Part shown: in pieces, positions 1 to 13,409 of the stretch | How the letters are laid out: each line of letters starts with the position of its first letter | Numbering within the stretch: the stretch's first letter is position 1 | Notes under the pieces: model-generated | Database searches by the model: none | Told to the model about the DNA's origin: nothing | The model's input: only the letters and a program-made list of their open reading frames with translations | Program-made: the position numbers and the translations under genes | Assembly: GCF_963506605.1 (NCBI RefSeq) | Contig: NC_083277.1 | Coordinates: 88,412,001-88,476,000 of the forward strand | Direction of reading: 5' to 3' | DNA from: Zootoca vivipara | Taxonomy: Eukaryota | DNA: 64,000 nt

Positions 1-781
1 ATCCCACCCATCTGGCTGGGTCTCCCCAGCCACTCTGGGCGGCTTCCAACAGGAGATTAACAATACTTCATTAAATACTTCATCAGTCATTAAAATACTT
101 CATCAGTCATTAAAAAAACTTCCCTAAACAGGGCTGCCTTCAAATGTCTTCTAAATGTCAGGTAGTTATTTATCTCTTTGACATCTGATGGGAGGGCGTT
201 CCACAGGGCGGGAGCCACTACTGAGAAGGCCCTCTGCCTGGTTCCCTGTGACTTTGCTTCTCGCAGTGAGGGAACCACCAGAAGGCCCTCGGCACTGGAC
301 CTAAGTGTCCGGAGAGAACAATGGGGGTGGAGACGCTCCTTCAGGTATACTGGACCAAGGCCGTTTAGGGCTTTAAAGGGAAACACCAACACTTTGAATT
401 GTGCTTGGAAACATACTGGGAGCCAGTGTAGGTCTTTCAAGACCGGTGTTATGTGGTCTTGGCTGCCACTCCGTTCATCACCAGTCTAGCTGCCGCATTT
501 GGATTAGTTGTAGTTTCCAGGTCACCTTCAAAGGTAGCCCCACATAGAGCGCATTGCAGTAATCCAAGCGGGAGATAACTAGAGCATGCACCACTCTGGA
601 GAGACAGTCTGCGGGCAGGTAGGGTCTCAGCCTGTGTACCAGATGGAGCTGGTAGACACCTGCCCTGGACACAGAATTGACCTGTGACTCCATGGACAGC
701 TGTGAGTCCAAAATGACTCCCAGGCTGTGCACCTGGTCCTTCAGGAGCACAGTTGCCCTATTCAGGACCAGGGAGTCCCCC
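1..781 (-). mobile_element. L2 LINE, 5'-truncated 3' end (ORF2 C-terminus plus 3' UTR)
   Basis: Minus-strand ORFs 478-783 and 90-440 encode ...SRLDYCNALY... and HWLPV..FK...LWNALP, typical of the L2 RT C-terminus. Frameshifted. Near-identical to 51194-52084. Confidence 0.9.
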
Positions 782-1329
782 ATAAATTTTACGTTTCTTT
801 ACTCCTGGAATTCTTAGAGTTTCAGTATATTATACCATTAAAAAAATGGACTTGACGTATCAGCTGATAGTTGTCTGCATGCCAAGCCTAGGCTTGAATA
901 GTGAGTTGACCTAGTATGACTCATTGTTGTTGTTTGCATTTGATCCTGGAATGGTGACACCTGCACAACATTAATATCTTGCGAAGGGTTATTTGGACAT
1001 TATTGGATGGTTGATGTTTCTTTGACTGATGGCTTTGGGAAACCACTTATGCAAAGAAGCAGCAGCCAATGTAAATTTTGCTCTTCTGAAAACTGTCAGG
1101 ACTTTTTATAGCTACTGTCACCTCCCATAGTTGCACATCTCTCTTGCGAAGCATAATGTTTCATTCCAGTACTGAAGGAGACAGCTTGGGAATTGGAACT
1201 TCTGCCAGCACCTATCCATTTGCTGAGAGCTGCTGTTGTTTTCAGTGGGTATTAGTTTTATATATGGATTGGGGGGTGGGGGTGGGGAAACAGATTTTCA
1301 AAATAGTTTTGCTTGCAAGGCATCTAAGA

Positions 1330-1749
1330 CAGGGGTCCCCAGACTTACCCGCCTTCGGGCTGGTCCCCGCCGCGCCGATCGCGCGGCGGGCCGGAGGGCG
1401 GGGGAGTGCGCGCGCAGTGGGCCGGAGGGTGGGGGAGTGCGCGCCAGTGCGCATGCGCACACCCATTTACTGGCGCGGTGGGGTGCTTCCAGGCCGGAAA
1501 AATCGCCGAAAATTGTTTGTGCGCATGCGTATGGGCCTCCCCCGACCCGGAAGTGCACCTCCCCCGACCCGGAAGTGCACCGGAAATGACCTCTTCTGGG
1601 TCGGGAGAGGCCCATACGCATGCGCAGAAACGATTTTCGGCGATTTTTTTCCAGATCTGGAAGTGGGGGGCGGCGGGGGTCGTCGCGGGCCGGATTGGGA
1701 GGCCAATTGGGCCGCATCCGGCCCGGGGGCCGTAGTCTGGGGACCCCTG
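1330..1749. mobile_element. Non-autonomous hAT transposon (MITE), GC/CpG-rich, young
   Basis: TIR CAGGGGTCCCCAGACT...AGTCTGGGGACCCCTG and perfect 8-bp TSD ATCTAAGA (1322-1329, 1750-1757). Confidence 0.92.
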
Positions 1750-3303
1750 ATCTAAGAGATCAGTTGTTTCCTATATGACGCTGGCATGCTCACCTTAGCA
1801 AAGTATGTGTGTTTGTTTTGCCACATTATTGGTGGGATATTGGGGTGACTCATTCATTTCTCTTTTGCAGGTACACAATGATATACCATTGTGGCTCCCG
1901 AAATTGCAAGATAGGTAGTCCAGGGATTCTCTTGAACTGTGATAAGCAGTATGCGTGGACCACTGTCTGCAAACTTACTGCATTTATTCCCTGTGTAGGG
2001 AACTCCTGCACAGTGAACAAATGTGGAAGTGGAACACCAAAGGATGATATGGGGTCCTCAGTGCCCTGGAGAAGGGAATCATATTTTAATACGCTGTATG
2101 TTCAATTATTCATCTTTCACTTTGGCCTTGAAATTACAAACTGGCCCAGGGTTGAAGAGACTCAAGGGATTGTTGCGGCAAGACAAGTGACCACATAAGT
2201 AAACCTTTCATACTATTGTATCCTGTGTGTGCAGGGTCAGTTAACACTTCACTCCCTTTGTGTCTTGGCATTGCACGGGGATGAAATCTGAGCTAAATGA
2301 GGGAATAACTCTGGCAAGTGGTCTGTCTCCGTCTACACTGTTATGGAGCCCTTTGCTAGGTTTGTGCCAGAATTAGTGGGAAGAGTTCATGTTGCTAGTC
2401 CTTGTTTGACTTAGGAAATGCCCCCTGTTGAAAATTAGTCACTAGCTGGGACTCCTTTAAGCTTTGTTTAAAAGTCATCATAAAGTGTGATGGTCTTGAG
2501 GAGGCTAAAGTGGAACAAACAATCCTGAGAATTCACTGTGGTTTAGTTAGAAGTAGTGGGATTCAAGCCTTGGCTGAACTACACCCTTCTCACCTGAAAG
2601 TCAGGTCCCTTAATCCCAGCTGTTTAGTGTAGGCGGTGGCTCCTGAATGGGAAGGGAAAGTCACCTATGCAGGTTCAAAGGCATGACTTGGGTTGTGGGT
2701 ACCTGAATGGCAATATTTTCCCCCATGTTTGCCTACCTACATGCTAAGATCTGGAAGCTTTGCTCTGGGTGCCTCCAACCTTCTGAAGCCTAGCTTTGCT
2801 GACAGAAAAAACATGTTCTACGTGCTTCATTTTTTGAAAGAAAGTCTTGTGTGTGAGCTTCTCCTGCTATATGACACAAGGCAGCATCATGGGATGCGGT
2901 TTCCTGTTGCAATGACACTGGTGATGTTGGTGGAAGCCAAGGGTGGGAAAAACTGGCATGAGGAACTGGGATAAAGGACATGAATGCACAGCTTGGAATA
3001 CTCACGGCTGATTCAAACAACTGTTTTTTCAACAAAATGAAGTCACTGTATGATTTGGCTTTCTGGTGGGAGATACTTTTAACAGTGAAGCTAGGATTGC
3101 GAATGCTCAGACACACGCCAATATCAAGAACATCTCATATAGCCCCCTGCCATGTGAGGCCAGATGTCCAGCTCTCTGTGTCCAACAGTGGGGAGCGAAA
3201 AGCACAGAACAAGGTTATGATGGAGATGTCATGTTTCAGAGATCTGCTTGGACCTTCCTTTTAAAAAAATTCTAAAAGGTTAGCGGAATGAAAGTGCTCA
3301 GCT

Positions 3304-3343
<40 letters not shown>

Positions 3344-3345
3344 TG
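3304..3345. repeat. (CT)n(GT)n compound microsatellite
   Basis: Direct observation. Confidence 0.95.
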
Positions 3346-3514
3346 CGCATGCATATACATGCACATGTATATGCAACCATTTTTTAAAGGTACAGACTAT
3401 GGTTTAGGTGCTGGTGCCATGGGAGTCCCTACTTGTCACTAGGCAAGTAATATTGCAGGCACTATCCATTCAGGCAGTCAGAGTCCACAGAACATTGCTA
3501 GGGAAATGCTAGCT

Positions 3515-3650
3515 CAGGCACCCCCAAACTGCGGCCCTCCAGATGTTTTGGCCTACAACTCCCATGATCCCAAGCTACCAGGACCAGTGGCCAGGGAAGA
3601 TGGGAATTGTAGTCCAAAACATCTGGAGGGCCGAAATTTGGGGATGCCTG
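3515..3650. mobile_element. 136-bp palindromic hAT MITE
   Basis: TIR CAGGCAyCCCCAAA...TTTGGGGATGCCTG and perfect TSD TGCTAGCT. Confidence 0.92.
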
Positions 3651-3972
3651 TGCTAGCTGGAGAAAATTGCATTTTTCTAGCGACAAAACATTATGGCATG
3701 TGTGCTGGGAAAAGGCACCCTGCTACCTAATTCTAAGATGTCTGGGCTGCATCATCTTCAATAGCTGAGGAAGAAAAGTGCTGTTTTCTGGAAAGGTATA
3801 TTGGCTTGGATTCTTTGCAAAAACAAATAGCTGTGAAGCTTTGTGCTCAAATCAATAAACTGGTAAGACCCTTCAGAGTGGTTTGTTTGCAACACATTTA
3901 AAAATAAAATAAAATATCACACCATTTTCCTCAATGAAAATATTGAAGCTTCACACAGATTCTTTTATTGTA

Positions 3973-4337
3973 TTTAAAGCCCTAAACGGCCTCAGCCGAG
4001 TATACCCAAAGGAGCGTCCCCACCTCCATCGTTCTGCCCGGACACTGAGGTCCAGCGCCGAGGGCCTTCTGGCGGTTCCCTCACTGCAAGAAGCAAAGCT
4101 ACAGGGAACCAGGCAGGGGGCCTTCTCGGTAGTGGCGCCCACCCTGTGGAACGCCCTCCCATCAGATGTCAAAGAGATAAATAACTACCTGACATTGAGA
4201 AGACACCTGAAACTTCAGGGAAGTTTTTTATGTGTGACAATTTAATGTATTTTAAATTTTTGTTGGAAGCCACCCAGAGTGGCTGAGGAAATCCAGCCAG
4301 ATGGGGTACGAATAATAAATAATAATAATAATAATAA
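3973..4337 (+). mobile_element. L2 LINE 3' fragment with (AAT)n tail
   Basis: ORF 3934-4245 contains FKALNGL...LRSSAEGLL...LWNALP. The 3' UTR is shared with the other copies. Confidence 0.9.
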
Positions 4338-5004
4338 TTAATGTATTGTCCTTGCATGTCTTTTATAGAAAGGGGTTCATTTGCTAAACTCTATAAATCT
4401 AGAAGAATCCAGGAAAGAACAACACTGAGAAGAGGTCCCTGGGAGAGGTGCATAGGAAATGCCTCTTATTTGATCATTGTTTGGATCAGAAAATACAAAA
4501 GTTTCCTACCCAGTATTCTATGAGCCTACCTATTCCATATAGTAGTAGTAGATGAATGCTGTGTAGTCCCTATTCTGGTCCAGTAGTATCTGCATTGCAC
4601 CAGGTTTTGGTCCTAATCCTTTTTTTATACCCCTCCCAGTAGTTTTTCACTTGTATAAAATATGTCTATTCGATCAAAAAGAGAAACAGATGTCAAAATC
4701 TGGTGTTTTGCTAAGAGAAAGTGCTGTTTAAGATACCTTAAGAAAATGAGCATCTCTTCCATCAAACAACTTGCACAAAACATGGGCCAATTGCAAACCA
4801 TTAGGATGGCTTTGTGTGGGGAGTTGCTAAGAAAGAAACACTGAGAAGGGCTGGTGTTGCTGTAGCTACAGGTCAAGCATGCACTTGTCCCTCTCTCGGT
4901 CCCAGCCCTGGCAAGGTTTGACTGAGATTAGGCACCCCCTGAAAAGAATGTGTACCTTTCTTGTAGGCAAGGAGATAAGCTTAAGGGCAGGGTGTTTGAA
5001 GGAG

Positions 5005-5145
5005 GTGGGGAATCATAGCTCAGTGACTCAGGGATTCCAGTTTCAATCCCTGGCTTCTCCAGGTAGGGCTGGGAAGACTGTGAGGCTCTTAATCTCAGGG
5101 CTGTGCATTCGAGTTCCACATTGGGCAAAAAGATTCCTGCATTTT
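5005..5145 (+). mobile_element. Degenerate tRNA-derived SINE fragments (Squam3-like head joined to a Squam2-like piece)
   Basis: Similar to 13410-13520 and to the reverse complement of 28651-28783. Confidence 0.55.
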
Positions 5146-5362
5146 GATGTTGTATGTCTGTGTTAAATGAGCATGATGGGGGTGGGGGTGAGCACACTAG
5201 CACTTGCATGAAGATTGGACCACTACAGTGGGAAATAGAACCCTTTAATTTTTCTTGGTTGGGGAAAAAATGTTTCTGTTTTCTAGTAATCGTTGTCAAC
5301 TTTTGGCCAAAGCTGTAGGCTTGGTTTTGCAGCTTCAGAAATTAACTTTGACTGCTGCTTTG

Positions 5363-5363
<1 letters not shown>

Positions 5364-5404
<41 letters not shown>
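5364..5404. repeat. (GT)n microsatellite
   Basis: Direct observation. Confidence 0.95.
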
Positions 5405-5407
<3 letters not shown>

Positions 5408-5943
5408 AAAATACAGCAAATGTTTGCTGCTGCTTATGTTCCCCTTCACTTACCCTCGGCCCCAAGCTGCCCTCAAGCCCACATGCTAGGTGTGGCTGTC
5501 TGCAAAGGAAAGCCTGCATGAGTCTGTTTTCCATGTGTTTGGGAATCCTGCACATCTGGGGAACTTCCAGAATATGTGGAAAACACATAGGCGATCATTT
5601 GCAGACATCTGCACCTATATTACCATGTGACCTCAAGGTCAGGGGTGTAGCCCCACAATCCCACTCTCTGTGTGGTACCTCTTCATGCAATGCATACTTG
5701 GAGAGGCCTTTACTTGGAAGCTAATCCTGTTTATTTCAGGACAACCTTTTACTCCCAATGTTTGGTTGTGTATGGGTGAGGGGACAGGGAAAAGAATATT
5801 TGGCCTGAGGTTTAAGGTGGAAAGAATGCTTCCAAGAGTCATGTTTGCATGATGGTGAGAAGCAGCTATGTACAAGAATCAGCTAATGCTTGATTTTCAC
5901 TGGGGGAACTGCATATGTTTGAAGATGAGTCTTCATACAGCTA

Positions 5944-6163
5944 CAGTCATAACTCGGTTTAAGCACGCTTCGGTTTGAGTACTTTCAGTTTAAGTACTCT
6001 GCGGACCTGGAAGTGTTTACTTCTGGGATCTGCCGCGCCCGCATGCGCAGAAGTGATCTATCGGCACTTTGCGCACACGTGCTATCGCTGCTTGGATTAA
6101 GTACTTTTCGGGGTGCAAATGGCACCCCGGAACCAATTAAGTACTTAACCCAAGGTACCACTG
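5944..6163. mobile_element. Tc1/mariner (Tigger-like) MITE
   Basis: TA|CAGTCATAACTCGG...AAGGTACCACTG|TA. Termini are shared with 29329-29590. Confidence 0.85.
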
Positions 6164-6612
6164 TATGGTGGAGTACCTCTTGGACAGTGGCCAGGGGCGT
6201 CTTGCGCATAGAGGCAAGTGGTGTTTGTGTGTGTGTGGGGGGGTGCCGGAGGGATCTCTGAACCATGGCGCTGGATAGTCTTAAGATGGCCCTGACAGTG
6301 GCATTCATCTGACCTCTGGTCAGTGCCATAGCTGCCAAGTTTTCCCTTTTCTCGCAAGGAAGCCTATTCAGCATAAGGGAATTTCCCTTAAAAAAAGGGA
6401 GAACTTGGCAGCTATGGTCAGTGCTGCTGCTGCTTACTGAAAAGAAGAGAGGGAGGGCCAAGGCTGGTACAGAACCAGTCCAGCACTCCTGCCGGTGCAT
6501 TTGCAGCTTGCTGCTGCCCCCCTCCCTCCAGGTAATCAGCAGTGACACCCCCCTCCACAATCTCACCATCTGATACAGATGTACACCTTGCAACTAGAAC
6601 ATTAAGCATGTA

Positions 6613-6855
6613 CAGTGGTACCTCTACTTACGAATTTAATGCGTTCCGAATGCACATCCGTAAGTCGAAAAAATTCGTAAGTCGAATCCCATAGGAATGC
6701 ATTGGGAGAAAAAATCCGTAAGTCGAAGCAACCCTATCTAAAAATTCGTAAGTCGAAAAAATCCTATCTAAACCGCATCCAAGATGGCGGACGGAGCTCT
6801 GTTCGTAAGTAGAAACATTCGTAAGTAGAGTTATTCGTAAGTCGAGGTACCACTG
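6613..6855. mobile_element. Tc1/mariner (Tigger-like) MITE with repeated TTCGTAAGT(C/A)GA units
   Basis: TA|CAGTGGTACCTC...GAGGTACCACTG|TA perfect termini and about 8 internal CGTAAGT repeats. Confidence 0.92.
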
Positions 6856-8715
6856 TAGTACCTTTAAATGCCCTGGTGCAGTGAGAGAGCGGCAGCCATG
6901 GTTTCCTGATTCTGTCATCTGCATACCTGTGTGTTACACCTAGGGCAGTGGTGGGCCTTGGGGTCTCAAATTTCAGTGGTGCACTGTGCGATGTCAAAAT
7001 TCAGCACCTCACTGCCTCTCACCTTCCATTCTACATAATAGTTGTGGAGATGCCTGCAGCGCCCCCGAAATTCCACGACCAGTGCAACTGGTTGCGCTCC
7101 CCTAAATCTGCCTTTGGCCAGAGTTCTGCTCACTAAAATGGATGAGGAAAGAGCAGTGGAAAACAAGATTGGGGAGGGCACTGGCAATACAGGTTTGCAG
7201 TGGCTGTAATGGCCTATTGGGAAGCTTGAGTGGGTGCGTTCTGTGACCAAAGGGCAAGGTGGCCTCTTTTATTGAGCTTGAAGCTACACAGGTGTCTAGA
7301 GAATTTTACTGATGAGCGGCCATATAAACTTCAGTAATTATAGCAGTAAGTATTCACACCATTAATAGAAGCCTGAGATGAAGTTACAGTCCTAACCCAA
7401 TCAATCCTAAGATTTCACATCTCAGACCATGTCCTGGGATTTTTAAGAAGGCAAAAAAGGATTTCCTCTTCTGAATAAATTAAGGGTCTGTTCAGTTATG
7501 TCCGTTTCTTGAGTTGGTTTAAATCTTATAGATTAGGAACATTTAGTCTGCCAAGAAATGCATTCTCTTGATTTACTGTCAGCATGTTTTCTAGGGCAGA
7601 ACTTCCTTTATGTTCACTAACCAGCATTTTGCTTTTATGGGAGTACAGTGCTTTGGATTGTGCTGTCTGAACTGGCAGTATAATTACAATTTCAGGTATT
7701 TTATTAGGATCTACTCTTTATTTGTGCTTTTAAATATGCATCATAGTAGTATGGGATTATACCTTTCTTTGATTGGCACTTTGGGATTTTGCAATTCTTT
7801 TCACTTGGAATGTAACTAGGCCTGTAACTCACAGATCCGAGCCTCTCTTGTGCAATGGAGCTATGGGTATGTATTTCTTTCCAGCAGACAGAAGCTTGCT
7901 TAATAAACGAGTCTGTATGAGCTGAAATGACAGGTACAGAAGTTACTCAGCATTGCTAATTTGATCTTCCCTTGATTATTCTTTCCCCAGCATCTAGTGT
8001 GTATATATATTTGGCTGAATGACTAGCCGGATTGGTTATAGAGCAGCAGAAAATGGGGATTTATTGTGCATCATCTGGGAACTGGAACAAGCTGTGAATT
8101 TGAAGATGGTGCAACAGCTCTGTTTATAGGGAACAGAAGCTAATAGTTAAGTTGGGCTTCTTATGTTGTGCTTTTATGTGGTACACTTCAGCATCACTTC
8201 TAATGTTTAATGGGCTATTGAAGAGATGTGTTTGAGAGACCTAGGAAGATCACCACCAAGCATGTGAGTCAAGGGTGTGTGGGCACATTTTGCATTCTGT
8301 TCATGATAGGCGTGGGTGCTTGCCTACACCATAGACAGAATGCACTTATGCGACTCTTTCTTCAACGCAGAAGGGTGTTTCCCAGCAATTGTCCCATCAC
8401 CCCAGGCATGGGGTATATTGTTGTTACTTTAGCAAGACGTGCCTTTATGAGATTGTGTGCTCCTAATCAAAGCACCTATAATGAAGCCCAGTCCTGGATT
8501 AAAAGTATGTAAATAATTGCATCATCCACCATAACTGTGGAAGGATAATTGCAATGTTTTTTAAAAGTATCTTTTGCTTTGCAAGGATGTGCTGTGCTAT
8601 AGCATCATGGAGGTATCTGAGACATTACAGATAGGCATTTTAGAATATTTTCTTGAGGTAACTATGGACATCAGGCTTGAAGTTTTGTAAACTGGGATAT
8701 AGGACTCCCACAATT

Positions 8716-8810
8716 TTGTTGTTGTTTAGTCGTGTCTGACTCTTCGTGACCCCATGGACCAGAGCACGCCAGGCACTCCTGTCTTCCACTGCCTCCCGCA
8801 CCTTGGTCAA
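8716..8810 (-). mobile_element. BovB (RTE) LINE extreme 3' end
   Basis: Matches 23186-23282. (CAA)n tail on the minus strand. Confidence 0.85.
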
Positions 8811-10530
8811 TCTTAGTGAATAGAATTGAATTATTTTGGGGGGCAGAGCATCAAGTGTATTAATGTTGTGTGTGTGTATGTGTGTGTCAGGTAACATGGC
8901 TATTGTAAAAAAAAATTTCTTATTAGCTCCTTAGGATGACGCAAATCTAGGGATTGGAAGACTTACAATTGTGAACAGTTAATGAAAGCTGTTCTGTTTT
9001 CTTGGAATCTCTTACGGCACAAGTTTGCATTGTGATGTATTTTTAACAAACATAACAATCTGTATTGTGTAATTTTGTGTACCAGTACAGCGCAAGGGCA
9101 GAACAAATGATCGTCTTGTTAACTGAAGCATCATGATCAATGATGTATAGCAGAAAAATGCAACTTTTCAAGCTGCATTGCAGTATTCATAGACTCTGAC
9201 TCAGTCCAGAATCTCATTTGAAAATGGGCAACAATGGAGCTTCAGTACAGGGGGAAAGTGTTTGTGAAGTGAGTGTTCTAGATTCAAGCAAAACCTTCCT
9301 ATTGATTCTCAAAGGTTGGACATGTGCTATGCTCCAAAATACAAATTGTGCTCTAAGTAGTGTGTTTTAAAATTATTTACTAGTTTTAAGTTTCTGGGTA
9401 TAAAAGGTAAACATGCTTTTTGTGCTTACCCTGCTGCACAGGCTGGGCATCATTAAGTGTGGAGACTTAGTTTGGAACAGTCTTAGTTGCCTCTAAGGAA
9501 TCTTGCCTCTAAGATTCTATTATCCTTGAGTGGCTTCATTATACTATTCCTTAGATAGTCCCAGAAAAGTTGGAAATTAATTAGTCTTCACTATTGCAGG
9601 GCAGCAACAGCAGATATATCATGGATCTGGCTTTGGTGAACAGCTGACTGGTAAATGGTTTGGTTGTGGTGGTTAAATTAGCCCATTGTTATGGATTTAG
9701 ACTTTTGGTAGCAATGACTCCTTTCAAGGTATAGCGGGTGTCTGCTGTGGAATCTGTGGGATTCCTGAATGCTTTGGGGGATCTCCCAGTTAGCATGACT
9801 GGTGCTCTTTCATAATCTTTGTGGAAGAGAGAAATGGAAAGGGTCATTATGGCCCATCTGGTCTCATGGATATAAGAAGGCCTCCTTGGTTTGGGGGAGA
9901 ACTCCAGGTGACCAGACAATAGCAAGAGCACAAGTGGTGCAAGTATTGTACCAAATGCAATTGAGAACAGATGAGAGTGCACTTTTGTGCCTACCATGTG
10001 GCAGTGATGGTGGTGAACAAAGCTTGCTTCACCACCACCTTTGCATCTTCAAGAAGCTGTCTGGGAGAGCTTTCCCCAGTGATGAAGGGGCTGCTGCGAT
10101 CATTCCACAAAGGCACTAAGCAGTTGGAGGCCTGCTGTGATAGACAGAATCCTGAATGGTTTGAGTCTCATTAGCAGAAAGACAATACTGTATAGTATTG
10201 GAGAGATGCTCTATGTGTTGGAGGGAGGCTCTGTTAGTAGAATGGAATGTTCTCCCTCTTGAGATGAGATCGGCACCAACACTGAATGGACTCCAGTTTG
10301 GGATTACAAAGTTTATCTTTCATTGAATCTTTGAGCAGTAAGAATGATTATATATAATGGTCAGATTGAGGTTCACGTGTATTGATTTTTTATCAGAAAT
10401 GCTTTACACTGGGCATACTGATCCATATTGTTGTTTGTATGGTATCTGTAAGCCATTCTGAGAATGTATAGTGATGTGTGGGATATGAATCTACTAAATG
10501 AATAAATGGGACTTGGTGCAAGTTGGAAAA

Positions 10531-10875
10531 GGGACGCGGGTAGCTCTGTGGGTTAAACCACAGAGCCTAGGGCTTGCCGATCAGAAGGTCGGCGGTTTGA
10601 ATCCCCATGACAAGGTGAGCTCCCGTTGCTCGGTCCCAGCTCCTGCCAACCTAGCAGTTCGAAAGCACGTCAAAAGTGCAAGTAGATAAATAGGTACCAC
10701 TGCAGCGGGAAGGTAAACAGCGTTTCCGTGTGCTGCTGTGGTTCGCCAGAAGCGGCTTTGTCATGCTGGCCACATGACCTGGAAGCCAAATGCCGGCTCC
10801 CTCGGCCAATAACACGAGATGAGCGCCGCAAGCCCAGAGTCGGTCACGACGGGACCTAACCTAACCTTACCTTTA
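10531..10875 (+). mobile_element. Sauria SINE (Squam1), full length
   Basis: GGGACGCGGG head, tRNA-like A/B boxes, (ACCTTT)n tail and TSD CAAGTTGGAAAA. Confidence 0.93.
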
Positions 10876-13409
10876 CAAGTTGGAAAACCTTATCGCCCAT
10901 CTGTATTTACCGACCCATGAAGACACATACCAGCAGTTCATACAACCATGATTTGTCCTGAATCTCCACTTTGAACCAACTGCCTGTTTGTAGCTGGACA
11001 TCAGTGTCAAGTTGGAGGTTATAGAAAGGCTTCTAAGTCCATATAAGTGGTTAGCACAAAGCAAATGTTGTTTACTGCAGTTGTGGAATTGCACTTAGAC
11101 GAGTGGATTACAAGGTGATTTATAAGACTTGGCAGACATGGCTTGTGTAATGTGAAACCTCAGGTTCAGGAGCAGACGATTCCTGGGGTCCCTTTCATCC
11201 TCCCCCTCCCTTTTGGTGCATTTAGTTCACAGTGTAACACAGTGTAAGATGTGAGGCACACTTATGAGTTGGCATAACATTTTTGCACAGAGTTGCAACC
11301 AAGACCTGCGATTCAAAACAGGAGAGGGCTCTTTGCAATCTATGGTGTCAACAGCTTCTGACTTCCTGTCTTGCACCACCTGTCTCCTAATAGGACTAAC
11401 TATCTAATAGGACTAACTATCTTAAGCCAAGTAATCACTTTCAATAGTGAAATCTTGGAAAGAGTTCAGACTCTGTCCTCTTGAATCCTGTGAGATTGGG
11501 TTTTACAGATACCGTAGTAACCTCTCAATAGGATTGGGGTAAACTTATTAGTGCTCCTGTGATGTACACAAGTGAGTCCTAACAGTACATGCAAATGTTT
11601 GTTTTAATTGCTCATGTCTGATGGAGTCTGTGCCTGTTATGGCGCAAGCTTAAAAGCATGTTACCACTGCTAAAAGTAATCTCCATCTCCTAAATGTAGA
11701 AATGGATAATGACTTGCAAAGGAAAGTCCTGGGTCTGTTTCCTTATCTAGGTCTCATTTGTAGCAGATTGTTACTGTGGTTTTGGCATGTCCCGTGACTG
11801 GTTCTGTATTGTTCTTTACATATCTGCTGGACTTGGTTGCTTCCTTGGGACTATAAACGTGGGATACTTTTCAAGTTACGTTAAATATGTGCAAATACTT
11901 TAGTGTACTGTACTCCCATGTGTGTAACAAAAGAGTAGAGATGAACTCTGAAAAGCGATAGTATTTGTTCCCTCTTGTTGAAGCAGCTTTCACAGATAGG
12001 CCTGACTGTAATATTCCTAAATAGCTCAGAGATCTTTTAATGACTCCTTACTAGGGACACTGGGGAATTCCGATGGGAATGGGAGGAGAAATTGCCAATG
12101 TTCATTTATTCATCCCTTAAATCAATCCAGCAAACACGACTGGCACTGCTGCTGCTGTTGCTTTCCATCCACAAACGATACACCATTGATTACATGCACC
12201 TCTATTTGCATTGAGTTCCCTTTGCATTTAAATGAATGGGATGGAATACTGTACATTGCACAGTTAATTGTGTAGGTTAAGTAACAAATTGTCTAAGTTA
12301 GGTAATTTTGCCATAGTGGACTGCAAGACAAATGGTGTGGTTTTTGGTAGAAGGCTAACTGCAGTGAAAGGGAAACAGTGCTGCACATGATAAATGCAGT
12401 GCGGAATGAGGGCAGGGGGGAAGCCTTCTTACATTCCCAGCCTCTACCTGCTTTCCCCCCTTGGATAGTCACTTTTCTGCAAAGGGCCGGGGCGAAATGT
12501 TTGATTCTGGCTTGCACTTTTTTTAAAGGCCTGAACTGTTCTCACAGCACTTGCTGAGATGTTGTATGTTCCACAGCAAATGATTCAGCATGGGGCTTAA
12601 TTCGTCTTCCTCTCCCGTGGCTGCTTGCCTAGGACATATGAGTCCTGCACATCTGGCTTACATGGTTCTGACACTGCAGCTGACACACCATGCCAGGTCT
12701 TTCCAGATGATCATTTTTGTTGAGATGGAAATGTTTAGCTTGGTGGCTTTAGGCGTTTTTCATACCTGAAGCAAAAAGTCAAAATGACAGCTCTTTGTTA
12801 CTAACTTAAAAACAAAACAAAATAAAAAGCTTGGGTATGATTCCACATAATGAGTTAGGGGAAGAAAGTTGTGATTTCTTAGGAATTTGCTGCACAGAGT
12901 GAGTGCTCCACGTTGCTTCATTATAAGGCTGGCTCTGGGTGTTATTGAGTTGGAGTGGTGGTTCCAGATGACATATTCCAATGCAATTGTGATGAAATCA
13001 CTTATTATTTAATGTTTTGGTGCTGGAATATGCTGTTATTCCCTGCCAGTTACTTTCCTTTCAGTCACCGCATGTGTGATATGCTGTGATTTGGTCTTCA
13101 TTTGGCCAACCTTTGCTTTGAAAGCCTTGCCATAGGAACTCAGAACTCTCTGTCTTATACTGAGTCAGATCATTGGCCCTGTATTGTCTACACTGAAGGG
13201 CACCAGCTCTCCCAAGCTTTCAGGCATAGATTCTTTCAGTTCTTAATCCCCCCCCCCCAGACAGAGAGCTCATGTAGTCTTAGGAAGCTCCTCAGACCTG
13301 GAATGCACACCTTTTACGAGCAGAAAACCGCAACCAACCAGCCATCCCCAAGTGGAGCAATCCCTCGCAGCAATTTTCCCATACCTTCCCCCCTCCACCC
13401 GCAGGAAAT

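Noticed and set aside
1144-1755. Overlapping 100-200 aa ORFs
   Set aside because: By-product of the GC-rich MITE (few stop codons) with no recognisable domain.
5852-5860. ATG|GTGAGA as an alternative ATG exon
   Set aside because: Compatible in phase but has no other support, so a chance match is likely.
5985-6593. 202-aa minus-strand ORF
   Set aside because: Runs through a MITE and has no homology that I can recognise.
6650-6850. Regularly recurring short repeats resembling a CRISPR array
   Set aside because: Eukaryotic DNA. The units are short, irregularly spaced and enclosed by transposon TIRs.
10531-10620. tRNA-like A/B boxes
   Set aside because: These are SINE heads, not tRNA genes, and there is no complete cloverleaf.
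11387-11420. 17-bp tandem duplication
   Set aside because: Ordinary slippage duplication. A similar one occurs at about 70-112 in the L2 3' UTR.
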